From a virus (Duplodnaviria; Caudoviricetes), in IMG/VR virus record IMGVR_UViG_2645727892_000011, positions 2,667 to 66,666 of that record: a DNA stretch of 64,000 nucleotides. One strand, written 5' to 3'. The notes beneath the pieces are model-generated. The model saw only the letters and a program-made list of their open reading frames with translations, did not search any database and was not told where the DNA came from. This document shows positions 39,001 to 47,880 of the stretch, piece after piece (positions within the stretch are counted from its first letter, which is position 1; each line of letters starts with the position of its first letter). The position numbers and the translations under genes are program-made.

Positions 39001-42000
39001 CCGCCGTTTTCTGACGGGCGCGACATTCAGCATGTGCAGCATGCCTATGGTCTGCTCAAGCCCGGCGGCCGTCTGGTTGCTATCGTGGGAGAGGGCGCAT
39101 TCTTCCAGTCCAACAAGCGCGCCGAGGGCTTCCGCGAGTGGCTGGACGAGCGTGGCGCCACAAATGAAAAGCTGCCCGATGGCTCATTCATGGACCCGAG
39201 CCTGCCGGTTAACACCAGCGTTTCTGCCCGTATGGTGGTTATCGACAAGCCTGCCACCGAGTTGGTCACGGATGGAGATAGCACGGATGCGCCCAGCTTC
39301 CGCCGCCAGGAGGCCGAGCAATTGGCCGGCGCGGATTTTGATGTGGAGAGCTTCCTGCAGGGCATGAACGAGGGCCAGCCAGCTGCTGCCGTAGCCGCTC
39401 AAGCACCGACCACGAACGTGCGCCCCAGCTATTCGCCGGCGGCCCGCGCCGAGGCGGTGCGCGCGGTCAAGGGCACGGCCGATGCCATTCGGCAGGCCTG
39501 GGCCAACGGGCCCGAGGTGATCGTGGCTTTTGACATGCATGACTCGGTGGTGCCCGAGAGCGCGCGGCGAGCTGACCTGAAGCAGCGCAGCGGCGGCGCC
39601 CGGGGCGCTCCGGAGGGCTTTTACTATCAGGGCAAGGTGTACCTGATGGCGTCCAAGCTCAAGACGCCCAACGATGCTGCGCGCGTGCTGTTCCATGAGG
39701 CCTTGGGCCACCATGGCCTGCGCGGTCTATTTGGCAAGGATCTGGGCCTGATTCTGAATCAGGTGGCCACCATGCGTAAGGCTGATGTGGATGCGAAGAT
39801 CGCGGAATACGGTCTGCGCCGCGTCAATCGCTTGGACCGCCGCACGGCCGCCGAGGAAGTGCTGGCCGAGATGGCGCAGAACACGCCTCAGATTGGCTTT
39901 GTGCGCCGTGCCGTGGCCGCAATCCGTACCTGGCTGCGCACCAATGTGCCGGGCTTCAAGTCGTTGGCGCTGACGGATGCTGAGCTGATTCGCAACTTCA
40001 TCCTGCCGGCGCGCGCTTGGGTGGAGCGTGGTGGTCCCGATGGAGGCAACAAGGCCGATGCGACTTTCAGCCGAGAAGCCGCGCCCGAGCTGCGCATCGC
40101 CACCAACTTCACCGAAGCGCGCGAGGCTGCCAAGGCGTTTCAGGGCAAAGCGTTGCTCAACGCGGAAACCGGCCTGGAGGCCCGTGTATCTCGCAATACG
40201 CTGGACAAGATGCTGAGCCGCAAGGCGGTGGAGCAATCCACCAATGCGCGGGATCAGTCCATGGCTGTTGCCAATGTGGACCGACTCTATGAATCAGCAA
40301 TGTTCGGGTGGAGTAAGGAGGACCGCGATAGCAACTCCAACCTGAAAGCGATTCATCGCTTCTTTGCCCCCATCGAGGTGGATGGGCGCATGCTGCTGGC
40401 GAAGTTGACGGTCAAGGAAACCGTAGACCCCACTCACGGTAACCCGCTGTACACGGTCGAAACCGTGGAGTTCAACGAAGAAACCCCCGCAGCTCAGTGG
40501 GTGGACGCATCTGCCAAGGCCGATGGCCAAGACCTGACTTCCATCCGCTCTGCGGGGGCACTGGTAAGTCTAGCCGAAGGTCTGGAGCAGCGCAATGCGA
40601 CCGGCGGTGACAGTGCTACGGACGAGCCCATGTTCAGCCGCTCGCGCTTCGCGGACCTCAAGGACAGCGCCCTTGACCAGCTGACCAAGACCTTTACCCA
40701 CGAGGGCAAGGTGTCGCTCTGGGACAAGTCCGTGGGCACCATGCGCCACCTGGCAGAGCGCGCACCAAGCTTCAAGCCTGTTTACGAGTCGGCCCAGCAA
40801 AACATCGACGATGTGAGCATGCTGGCCAACGATGCGGCCGATATGGCGCCGCGCATCTTGCCGCGTGTGGAGTCGCTGGGCGACCTCAAGAAAAAGCCTG
40901 TCTCTGCTGCCGACAACAAGGCCGTGGCCCGCCCGCTCTTTGAGGGCACGCTGATCTGGGCGCGCGACGAGAACGGCAAGCCGACCCTGGTCGACGACCT
41001 GCAAAAGCGCTATGCCAATCTGTCGGCCCACAACAAGGCCGCCATGCTGCTCAAGCACGGCAAGATTGATGCGGGTGTGCTGGCCATGTGGCAAGGCCTG
41101 CCCGCGCAGCAGTACGAAAACATGATCAACTCCCGTTTTGAGAGCAAGATTCTCAAGGCTGGCGTAGTGTGGAGCGATAACGAGCTGCAATCTCAGTTCG
41201 GCGCGACCGCTGATCAAATCAGCCTGTACCGCGAGGCGCGCGCGGCCATTGATCGCTCCATCGACATGACGGCTCGCACCGACATGCTGCGCGTGGTGGG
41301 TGAGAAGTACGAGCCCATGCGCGATGCGGTGCTGGCGCAGCCCTCCGTGGAAGCCGCGGCCCAGTTGCTGCTGGACACCCTGGAGCAGGACGCCAAGGCC
41401 GACCCGGACTCGCGCGACCGCCTGGCGGGCTATATGCAGCTGATCAATCGCCGCCTGGACACGGCCGTGGACCTGCAGCAGGGTGGCTATGCCCCACTGT
41501 CACGCTTTGGCCGCTACACCGTGGATGTGGTCGACGCCAACGGCGAGCGCCTGTACTTCGGCATGTACGAAACCGCGCGCGACTCCAACCGGGCCAAGAT
41601 GCAACTCGAGCACGAGTTCAAAGGCGCGACCGTCACCACGGGCACCATGAGTGCCGAGGCCTACAAGCTGTTTGCCGGTGTGACTCCCGAGACTCTCGAG
41701 CAGTTCGGGGAGATGCTGGGCCTCAAGGCCGAGGGCAATGAAGCCCAGGACAAGGCTTTTCAGGAGTTCCTGAAGCTGACCAAGAACAACCACAGCGCCA
41801 TGAAGCGGTTGATTCACCGCAAGGGCATCGCCGGTTTTAGCGAGGATGTGGGGCGAGTGGTGGCGAACTTTGTCTACTCCAACGCACGTGCCGGGGCCAT
41901 GGGCCTGAATGCGGGCAAGATGGAAACGGCCATCGGCAAGATCCCCAAGGAGCAGGGCGAGCTCAAGGATCTGGCCATGGGCCTGCGCGACTACATCCGC

Positions 42001-43515
42001 GACCCGCAGGAGGAAGGGCAGGCCGTGCGCGGCATGCTGTTTGCCCAGTATCTGGGTGGCTCCATCGCTTCGGCCTTTGTGAATACGACGCAGCCCTTTG
42101 CAGTCACGCTGCCCTGGCTGAGCCAGTACGGTGGCATGAAGAAGGCCGGTGCGCAGCTGGCCCGCGCGCTCAAGGACATGGGAAGGTCCGTCGCTGATAA
42201 GGGCTTCAAGTACGAGGCCGACCTAGCCAAGGCCCTGCAATCAGCCGAGGATGATGGCGTGGTCAGCCCCCAGGAAATCCACCAACTGATGGCCCAGGCC
42301 CGCGGCGCTGGCATGCTGCGATCGGGCGACGGCACCAAGGCGGGTGATCTGCGCGCCAAGGCCGGCAATCTGTGGGAGCAAGGCAAGGTGCTCTGGGGTC
42401 AGCCCTTCGCACTGGCTGAGCAGTTCAACCGCCGCAGCACGTTTATTGCGTCCTACCGCATTGCCAAGGAGCAGGGCATGGCCGACCCGGCAGCGTTCGC
42501 ACGCAAGGCCGTGCTGGAAACGCAGTTCGTCTACTCCAAGGCCAATAAACCCAAGTGGGCGCGCGGTGCGGTGGGCGGCACGCTGTTCACCTTCAAGACC
42601 TACTCGGTCAGCTATCTGGAGCTGATGCAGCGCATGTGGAACCAGGGCGGGCCAGAAGGCAAGCGCGCCGTGGGCTGGGCCCTGGCCATGCTGCTGCTGA
42701 TGAGCGGCGCCGGCGGCGTGCCCTTCATGGAGGACGCCGAGGACCTGATCGATGGCGCGGGCCAGATGATGGGCTACAACATCAGCGCCAAGCAATGGCG
42801 CAAGGAGCTGCTGGCCAACGTGGTGGGCAAGGAACTGGGTGAGTTCATGGAGCAAGGCCTGTCAGGCCTGCCGGGCGCGCCCATCGATGTGTCCGGGCGC
42901 TTGGGTATGGGCAACCTGCTGCCCGGTACCGGCCTGTTCCTCAACAAGCCCAACCGCGAGCGGGATCTGATGGAGATTGTGGGCCCTGCCGGGGATCTGG
43001 TGGCGCGCGGCTTCACCGGTGCGCGCAAGCTGTTGGGAGGCGATGTGGCCGGCGCGGCGCTGGAAGTCTCGCCCACCGCAGTGCGCAATCTGGCCAAGGG
43101 CGCCGATATGACAGCCACGGGCATGTACCGCGATACCAAAGGCTACAAGGTGATCGACACGACGCTGGCTGAAGCCGCAGCCAAGGCCATCGGCTTTCAG
43201 CCCAAGAGCGTGGCCGAGGTACAGGAGGCCAATAGCTTTATGCAACGCAGCAAGTCGTTCTATACCCAGACCAGCAGTGAAATCAAAGCGCAGTGGGCAG
43301 ACGCTCTATTCCGCAAGGATGAGGCCGCCGTGCAGCGGGTGCGCGAGCGCCTGGCCGACTGGAACCGTGACAACCCCGAGCAGCCTATCGTGGTGAAGAT
43401 GCCCGATGTGTGGAAGCGCGTGCGCGAGATGGGTAAGGATCGCAGCGACCGCATTGCCGATACTGCGCCCAAGGCGCTGCGGGCGCAAATGCACAAAGAG
43501 ACCGCCGCCTTGTGA
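33070..43515 (+). CDS. Giant polyvalent ejection protein (ParB-like, amino-MTase, metallopeptidase, LPD3-like and PLxRFG domains)
   Basis: 3481-aa ORF; IIDGHH (~35881), EPHAG...VMNPPF (~38820-39010), HEALGH (~39694), YAPLSRFG (~41490). Confidence 0.88.
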   Translation: MANTNDWWKSGATPVEQPSTTQDDGWWKAGAKEIAPESPSRGVKGWAQDIAGVAINSAIGIPEAVVGLADIPTGGRVGKFLENQGGAVGFRPKEAKQFVNENIKSDASREARRKFQEADGVVDKAVVAAQNPSLILEGVGESLGAMGAGGVVSRGLMAATRLGQMGAKGAAIAGAAGEGVVGAGSAAEQIRQQTADGELTAKQAALAAGTGLATGALGFAGNKVANRLGIGDADMMLAQGTKGMAKDAAERATAAAVNPLAQPAQKSILRQMGEGAITEGVLEELPQSVSEQILQNEALGKSWSDGLDDAIVMGILSGGAMGAGAAGYRGFKDKQIDDAAANARSAAANAPGATPGQDQAAGAVPPAAWTTSAGAAAKVEPGTAPASPANAPNLDYETLPGAAPEAVGKEIPFEREFDTGGLSLQSTQPAAVPPVLDHDVLRDKAGVMMAPQLDAGRIEVETGLHPLSNEQPPRQWDTGNLSLLGEGQPQAPLSQRMGLDPKAGALSKAAAMAVDSGASPVLQPQAAPVLEQQQAAPQVPAGVDPDTGEISLQSQMDELKSRIAFMNQQGATQGWDGNRAAQRNALQTQLTRLELQAAGGQDRGASTAGAPAPVQLTGINQILAKQVPDMNEQELQQAIAHYGPNHKRTKKLEKALQALAQKPLTAIESGANGNVSQADQTQQGSAQPAQAGAAKAGQDAGQGVGNGTTPAANLGAQEQGASLAKAQAQVSEAAGAAQEAVGKAAQIAREGNAEREAQRQRQLDASERWTRMTTVERQAVTATAPGLNPIARKNLHTRAWPDIGEKIRDKLLDSLVEPLVAPAGQGPDAAQSVANAAPPAVSAEAPAKPAAQPVGDEKPFAAETGTLGIPRAEMPQVPTANHGGLVKHLNAQGIAHETTTVDAAQLKPTQAEYSPSKVEAAKSATGDRAVIVSSDGHIIDGHHQAVAAAEEGKQVKAIVLDAPVEQALAAVKASPSANAASVQEQPDSGDFPMSEAVQSYSGISHSGRSRADGDKQAFDKFMESARSAAEKLATSDAQRDALAAATESLRADYLKQYRSLMSVRAGAYSGFVAGRGNLNSKQANSRNSALDKAMERFDSWVGDNADRVSKAVLAARTPEQVKADRDAVAAKSKEKADKKAADLKATLLKFLSFKSGDNMPYGKSAIITKVSYDRDGYPSSLTFKMADGSPLTDDSLDLLGTLKDKGETLEQAKARIRGLVDEVRAENPELTKGIGAMRAAASAKVAKSATEPAPSPAASSFLERHNKIEDGISAGTLALDDYKSTFAELESNQDAVLSELQQLTKDKLLRAGGPAFAYRMGSEKKDAIVLAAYQKMLDTYALGRSYGPGIQFLSAANIAKNKADKAQALRELVGNTTAEDLAARAAEIKALREEFKAQRTAEAEALANPKTLQDFRGFMSHWVDQGETSQAAYLRLTPEQRQQFDALEAEQTKDQREAEKRRARVTVQSAGNTTAGELIATKHTKHGHDLFVVQLAERVERDAYDTLNGSAKRLGGSYSSYRGNGAVPGFQFRTREAAEAFQKLVAGDTAQAQDLANQRRDAFEDDKSQTTVERLRAMAEALDQGADEQLGADRKTNTARRARMANAAEDAARGSKAYAGTMRNLADAIEADKVQFLDGVRTKTQLSQLLQALGSAKVQQLMAKHGSWAAVEENKHAPMDAQTVDFAEFPRFSMYRSDLAGLARQLLEIEGGKKMGAALARLADDVTDAYTSWAKDNLLSVSHFGNKTKGGFADYASKDLAERAIKRSGLVGKAVVLQIKRGQNRVILSPGEAMQQGLWQGDGDKRIQLGMPFVEDLAKLGKRKGSKALALPWQLESTLEKRQRLQRMGIQTPAEFRSALRELQNLRQERAEPDRIKQLERSMVGRANDGLDFFPTGAAATAAAIDAAEIQPGMEVLEPHAGMAHIADAIREQTGVEPDVGELSNARRELLEAKGYNLVSSDFLELQGKQYDRIVMNPPFSDGRDIQHVQHAYGLLKPGGRLVAIVGEGAFFQSNKRAEGFREWLDERGATNEKLPDGSFMDPSLPVNTSVSARMVVIDKPATELVTDGDSTDAPSFRRQEAEQLAGADFDVESFLQGMNEGQPAAAVAAQAPTTNVRPSYSPAARAEAVRAVKGTADAIRQAWANGPEVIVAFDMHDSVVPESARRADLKQRSGGARGAPEGFYYQGKVYLMASKLKTPNDAARVLFHEALGHHGLRGLFGKDLGLILNQVATMRKADVDAKIAEYGLRRVNRLDRRTAAEEVLAEMAQNTPQIGFVRRAVAAIRTWLRTNVPGFKSLALTDAELIRNFILPARAWVERGGPDGGNKADATFSREAAPELRIATNFTEAREAAKAFQGKALLNAETGLEARVSRNTLDKMLSRKAVEQSTNARDQSMAVANVDRLYESAMFGWSKEDRDSNSNLKAIHRFFAPIEVDGRMLLAKLTVKETVDPTHGNPLYTVETVEFNEETPAAQWVDASAKADGQDLTSIRSAGALVSLAEGLEQRNATGGDSATDEPMFSRSRFADLKDSALDQLTKTFTHEGKVSLWDKSVGTMRHLAERAPSFKPVYESAQQNIDDVSMLANDAADMAPRILPRVESLGDLKKKPVSAADNKAVARPLFEGTLIWARDENGKPTLVDDLQKRYANLSAHNKAAMLLKHGKIDAGVLAMWQGLPAQQYENMINSRFESKILKAGVVWSDNELQSQFGATADQISLYREARAAIDRSIDMTARTDMLRVVGEKYEPMRDAVLAQPSVEAAAQLLLDTLEQDAKADPDSRDRLAGYMQLINRRLDTAVDLQQGGYAPLSRFGRYTVDVVDANGERLYFGMYETARDSNRAKMQLEHEFKGATVTTGTMSAEAYKLFAGVTPETLEQFGEMLGLKAEGNEAQDKAFQEFLKLTKNNHSAMKRLIHRKGIAGFSEDVGRVVANFVYSNARAGAMGLNAGKMETAIGKIPKEQGELKDLAMGLRDYIRDPQEEGQAVRGMLFAQYLGGSIASAFVNTTQPFAVTLPWLSQYGGMKKAGAQLARALKDMGRSVADKGFKYEADLAKALQSAEDDGVVSPQEIHQLMAQARGAGMLRSGDGTKAGDLRAKAGNLWEQGKVLWGQPFALAEQFNRRSTFIASYRIAKEQGMADPAAFARKAVLETQFVYSKANKPKWARGAVGGTLFTFKTYSVSYLELMQRMWNQGGPEGKRAVGWALAMLLLMSGAGGVPFMEDAEDLIDGAGQMMGYNISAKQWRKELLANVVGKELGEFMEQGLSGLPGAPIDVSGRLGMGNLLPGTGLFLNKPNRERDLMEIVGPAGDLVARGFTGARKLLGGDVAGAALEVSPTAVRNLAKGADMTATGMYRDTKGYKVIDTTLAEAAAKAIGFQPKSVAEVQEANSFMQRSKSFYTQTSSEIKAQWADALFRKDEAAVQRVRERLADWNRDNPEQPIVVKMPDVWKRVREMGKDRSDRIADTAPKALRAQMHKETAAL

Positions 43516-43610
43516 TAGCGGTCCATTTGCTATTTATATTCTTATGTGATATGAAATTTTGCTTTTGGGAAAGGGGACATATTTATAATTATTATTATGT
43601 CCCTTAATTC

Positions 43611-44297
43611 TTAAATTGCTAGATCGCTTGTAGCATTAAGTACGCGAACATACTGGTCTGACAGCACCTTCAGAAAGTTCTTGCCGTTGGCAATTTCATT
43701 AACTTGTGCCAGTCCGAATGGAATCACCCGGTCTCCTTTCATCCCGTGCAGTTGTATCAAATGACGGTGATCAGCCCGGAGTACTTTGGAGGGCGATGCT
43801 GTAAAAAGAATGCTGTGTGTCGTGCTATGAGCTTGCATTAGACCCACAAGCTCATTCACCCACTCTGACTTAAATCCGGACTTGTAGCACTTCGCTTCTC
43901 CAATGAGGTGAGTGGCTGCCGACTTGAAAATCGGAATAATAAATGCGGTTGGGCCCACCTGTACCATGAAATCGATCTCTGAAGTGGTCGAGCGGAGATT
44001 TGCTCCTACAGAGATCCCGTGACAACCTCGTAGCAGTGTGAGCATGACTATTTCAAGGATTTTCCCAAGAAGTTTTGTCTGCTGGCCTTGTGTCGCCTTT
44101 TTGGCTTTGTGCTTATGGCTAGCAGGCCGCAGTTTTGCCAATTGTGTTACATCCAACGAACGGACTTTATCTAAGCGAGCGAGGAGTGTTTTTAGCCTAG
44201 GTAAATCTGTCGTCGAGAGGTACGAGTAGATCTGATCATTAGGAGGAATATCTTTTTCCACGAGATCGCGCAGGAATTCATTCATTCCGTATGTCAT
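43611..44297 (-). CDS. PD-(D/E)xK restriction-endonuclease-like protein (Mrr-like)
   Basis: GKILE...EIDFMV...LIGEAKCYK; low GC. Confidence 0.75.
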   Translation of the reverse strand: MTYGMNEFLRDLVEKDIPPNDQIYSYLSTTDLPRLKTLLARLDKVRSLDVTQLAKLRPASHKHKAKKATQGQQTKLLGKILEIVMLTLLRGCHGISVGANLRSTTSEIDFMVQVGPTAFIIPIFKSAATHLIGEAKCYKSGFKSEWVNELVGLMQAHSTTHSILFTASPSKVLRADHRHLIQLHGMKGDRVIPFGLAQVNEIANGKNFLKVLSDQYVRVLNATSDLAI

Positions 44298-45649
44298 TAC
44301 GCGACCTCCGATTCTGCCGAAACGCGCCTAAATGCAACTTCAAGATTATCTGGTTTGGAACCGTCGATTTCGTTGCCATTTACTGTTAAAAGAATGCGTC
44401 GGAATTTGCTCAAATCCGTGGACCAATCGTTAAAAAAATCTTCCAAAATTTCTGTTGTCGCGAGGCGATAAACCGGCTCAACCAAGCCGACCTTCAACGC
44501 TGTAAGTAAAGAAGATCGCGCTTCCCCTGGGGCAAGCTGAAATATTTGGGATAGCTCTGCTGGCAAAATGATCGACAGCGATGGCTTCAAAGAAACCCAT
44601 GCCAAGGGATTTTCCTCGGGCCCTGAACCACCTGCAAGAGCATTGCTGGCTTCGCTCAATGTGTAGGTGATCTCATCAACTAACAAATATGATGCGGACT
44701 CTTTGTTCCATACAAAATGGAGCTCTGTCCCGATATCCCAGAAACGTAAACGAGTAAACAAGCTTTCTTGAATCCAAAAAAGCACCATAGAATTTGGTGT
44801 GGCATTGCTAAAAGCCTTTTTTGAGGCCGCAATAAGCTCAGCTTTATCTACGTTCGGTAAATGCTCAGAGATAAAGGATGCAAGAGCTTCTTCAATATTA
44901 TTTAGCTCTCCCTTTGCACTGACATCAAAGCGTGCGAGCTCAGTATCTACATCCGCTTGTACTTGAAGAACTCGCTTGTTTGTTCCCTCAACAAAGTACC
45001 GCAGTGCATTCTGGATCGGGAGGTTGGTCAGGCTCCAGTTGTAGTTGCTGAGCAGAACACGAAGCAAGCAGCTGAGTACCTTTTCATACCCGTTTACATT
45101 TACTCCTGAAGAGTTGCTTGTGTAGCCAGGATAACTTAGCGTCAGAAGATGACGAGTCGGCTGGACGCGAACGACAATTGGATGACGCTTAAAGACCTTT
45201 TGCCGTACTCGATGGTCTTTGCTCACTTCGACCCATTCTTCTAGCTCAACGGAATGTTCAAAAGTTAGCGTAAGTGTTGAGCCCCGGTTGATATGGGACA
45301 GTTTGAACCTGAAGTCACCGGATGCGTAGATTGTTCCGATTTCAGGGCTGATTTCAGGTAGCTGTTCTGAAGCAACTCGCAGCAGTAAGCAATGCTTGAA
45401 GGGGTACTTGCTTTCTACATCAAGTAGTGTTGCTTCGATAACGTCAGTTGTTGCTCCAGTGCTAAGCACTGCCTCAAGCGATTGAGCGTGAGCACGTAGT
45501 GAGATCCTCTTCGAGGGCGCAAGCCGATAAACTACTTCTCGAATCTGCTCTAGTGATAGCGAGTTAAGAAGCGTCTGTATGTTGCTTCCCTCTGAGTCAA
45601 TTTGCCTGCGCCGCGTCTTGACGGCAGGATCGTCGAGCTTGTCCACCAA
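44297..45649 (-). CDS. Uncharacterised 450-aa protein coupled to the nuclease
   Basis: Low-GC long ORF; TAATG stop-start overlap; GAGGGGAG RBS. Confidence 0.75.
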   Translation of the reverse strand: MVDKLDDPAVKTRRRQIDSEGSNIQTLLNSLSLEQIREVVYRLAPSKRISLRAHAQSLEAVLSTGATTDVIEATLLDVESKYPFKHCLLLRVASEQLPEISPEIGTIYASGDFRFKLSHINRGSTLTLTFEHSVELEEWVEVSKDHRVRQKVFKRHPIVVRVQPTRHLLTLSYPGYTSNSSGVNVNGYEKVLSCLLRVLLSNYNWSLTNLPIQNALRYFVEGTNKRVLQVQADVDTELARFDVSAKGELNNIEEALASFISEHLPNVDKAELIAASKKAFSNATPNSMVLFWIQESLFTRLRFWDIGTELHFVWNKESASYLLVDEITYTLSEASNALAGGSGPEENPLAWVSLKPSLSIILPAELSQIFQLAPGEARSSLLTALKVGLVEPVYRLATTEILEDFFNDWSTDLSKFRRILLTVNGNEIDGSKPDNLEVAFRRVSAESEVA

Positions 45650-45767
45650 TTTTCTCCCCTCATGTTAGGCGCAGTCATCATGAATTGATGCTGACCGTTT
45701 TTATCTTGGTGCATTATGGCTGCAATATCAGCGGTTTCTCAAATTGAGGTGGCATGCCATTTGAGGC

Positions 45768-45785
45768 ACCCCTCTAGGGTTCGCC
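45768..45785 (+). promoter_or_regulatory. Late-promoter motif copy 5 (tail operon)
   Basis: ACCCCTCTAGGGTTCGCC-N18-GACATT. Confidence 0.7.
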
Positions 45786-45833
45786 AGCGAGCCCTGATTC
45801 TTGGACATTGGCTGCAATCTCTGGAGAGCAGCC

Positions 45834-46634
45834 ATGTCCAACACCGCATACCCCAAGGGTGCCGAGAAGATTCTTTCGGGTGCCATCAACTTTGCCGCAG
45901 CCACCATCAAGGTGGCACTGGTATCTGACGCCTATACCTACAGCGCGGCGCATGAGTTTCTGTCGGCCGTCACCCGTGTCGGTACCGATCAGACGCTGAC
46001 GAGCAAGAGCGTGACCGGTGGCGTGTTCGACGCAGCCCCCGCTGAATTTGGCATTCTTGCTCCCGGCAGCAAGATCAAGGCTGTGGTGCTCTATATGGAC
46101 ACCGGCAGCCCATCAACTTCGCCGCTGCTGTTCTATATGGATTCGGTGCAGGGCCTGCCCATGGATACCAACGGCGGCGAGGTGCGTGTGCCCTGGGATA
46201 CCGGCCCCAACAAGATCGCGGCGGTGGGTCTGCCTTTCTATCCCAAGGCGGCGCAGCGCCTGCTGTCTGCTGACCTGCCTTTGACTGGAGCGACGCTCAA
46301 GGCGGTCATGCTGCCCAGCAGCTATGTCTATTACGCGGCCCATGAGTTTCTGCCGGACCTGGGCGCGGTGGTGGGCTCAGCCGTTACCTTGACGGGCGTC
46401 ACGGTGGCAGGCGGCGTGCTAGATGCCAACGATGTGGACTTTGGCGCGGTCGCAGCAGGTTCTACGGCGTCTTACATCGCCCTCTACGCCGACACAGGCA
46501 CGGCTGCCACTTCCCCGGTGGTGCTGTATTTGCCCAGCGTGGTGGGCTTCCCCATGACGACCAACGGCAGCGGCGTGGTGGTGCAATGGTCGAACGCGGC
46601 CGCCAAGATCGTCAGCCTGCTGGGCGCGGCGTAA
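45834..46634 (+). CDS. Tail-module protein made of two tandem homologous domains
   Basis: YPK...L.......K..L....Y.Y.AAHEFL...GGV.DA...FG...GS......LY.DTG...TSP...G.PM.TNG occurs twice. Confidence 0.75.
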   Translation: MSNTAYPKGAEKILSGAINFAAATIKVALVSDAYTYSAAHEFLSAVTRVGTDQTLTSKSVTGGVFDAAPAEFGILAPGSKIKAVVLYMDTGSPSTSPLLFYMDSVQGLPMDTNGGEVRVPWDTGPNKIAAVGLPFYPKAAQRLLSADLPLTGATLKAVMLPSSYVYYAAHEFLPDLGAVVGSAVTLTGVTVAGGVLDANDVDFGAVAAGSTASYIALYADTGTAATSPVVLYLPSVVGFPMTTNGSGVVVQWSNAAAKIVSLLGAA

Positions 46635-46650
46635 GGGGAAGGGGAGCGCC

Positions 46651-47880
46651 ATGGCCCGCAAGATGCTTTTTAGCAATAGCGCTGAAGCTGCGCTGCAGAC
46701 CCCGTTGCTGGACACCCCTCCACCTTATTACACCCTCATGCCGGATGGCAGCCAGTATGAAGATCTGCCGGAGTCCTGGGTTCCTGGTGATGGCAGTTAC
46801 TACGTATTTGAGGTGAGTGATCCAGCGCATGCGGACCTGTTTGTAGAAGGTACTGGTCAGCTGGATCGCGCCCAGCCCGTCACGCTCACCCATGACAGCA
46901 TGCCCGGTGTGTGTGAAATCGTGCATGTATACACCCGCTTTACCAATATCTTTGAGGTATTTCGCGCCCAAGAGGGGACCTTGGCCAAGGCGTGGCCTGT
47001 TGGCACCAAGGTCAGCGCCAATGTGACTGCCGGCATGCTGGAGTCGTTCTTGCAGGACGATGGCACGGTGGCGCGCATTGGTGGCGAGAACCAGTCGGTA
47101 TTGCTCGGTACTGCGGTCGAGGCAGGCGAGAAGCGCCCCGCTGGAACCAACAGTTTTGTGTTCAGGTCACGTTCGCTCGTCGATTGGGCGGTGCAGTTCG
47201 GTGCTTACCCCGTGCTGCAGCCCTTGCCCGCTCAGCGCCCAAAAGACAGGGAGTACAGCGGTAACCATTACCGGATCTGGCAGGACCTGGCGCTGGCGCA
47301 TGAAAGTACCGGAGGCTTTTGGCCGGCAGACATTGGGGTGCCCAAGGCTTGGGCTGCTGGTGGCTACAACAACTTCAAGCAAGGCGCGGTGTTCACGCCT
47401 TCCACGCCCAACGGCTATCAATACTGGGCCGATGTGGTGGTCGAGAAAGCGATTGATTCCCTGACCTTCAGCGAAGAACCCGCATTGATCCCCGGCGAAA
47501 TTTTGTCGGTGCTTGATACCGAGGACAACTCGCTGCGCGGGAACCTGGTGCCGCAGGTCATGCCGGTGGTGCAGAGCACCAACTTTCGCCACCCCCTGAT
47601 GGTGACCGAGGTGGGCTTTATGGGGCGCGCGAGCATGGGTGTGACGCAGATGCCCGTGGTCTCCATTGGCACCGAGGCCGATCCCACCCGCTTTGCCAAT
47701 GCCGTAAGCCTGGATTCGCTGGTGGCCAGCGGGAACTTGAGCGTCCATCGCATCCCGATTGCCGCAGGTGGCGCGCTGGTCGAAGACATTAAAGTCACGG
47801 TCACTCAAGCCGGCGTCGGTGGCCCCATCCCTGGGCGCTTCTATTGGCGCGGTGTCTTTATGGTGGATGGCGGTTCATGA
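46651..47880 (+). CDS. Tail-module structural protein
   Basis: EIVHV...V.RAQEGT.A.AW..G..V...TAG.L motif; PNGYQY. Confidence 0.7.
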   Translation: MARKMLFSNSAEAALQTPLLDTPPPYYTLMPDGSQYEDLPESWVPGDGSYYVFEVSDPAHADLFVEGTGQLDRAQPVTLTHDSMPGVCEIVHVYTRFTNIFEVFRAQEGTLAKAWPVGTKVSANVTAGMLESFLQDDGTVARIGGENQSVLLGTAVEAGEKRPAGTNSFVFRSRSLVDWAVQFGAYPVLQPLPAQRPKDREYSGNHYRIWQDLALAHESTGGFWPADIGVPKAWAAGGYNNFKQGAVFTPSTPNGYQYWADVVVEKAIDSLTFSEEPALIPGEILSVLDTEDNSLRGNLVPQVMPVVQSTNFRHPLMVTEVGFMGRASMGVTQMPVVSIGTEADPTRFANAVSLDSLVASGNLSVHRIPIAAGGALVEDIKVTVTQAGVGGPIPGRFYWRGVFMVDGGS

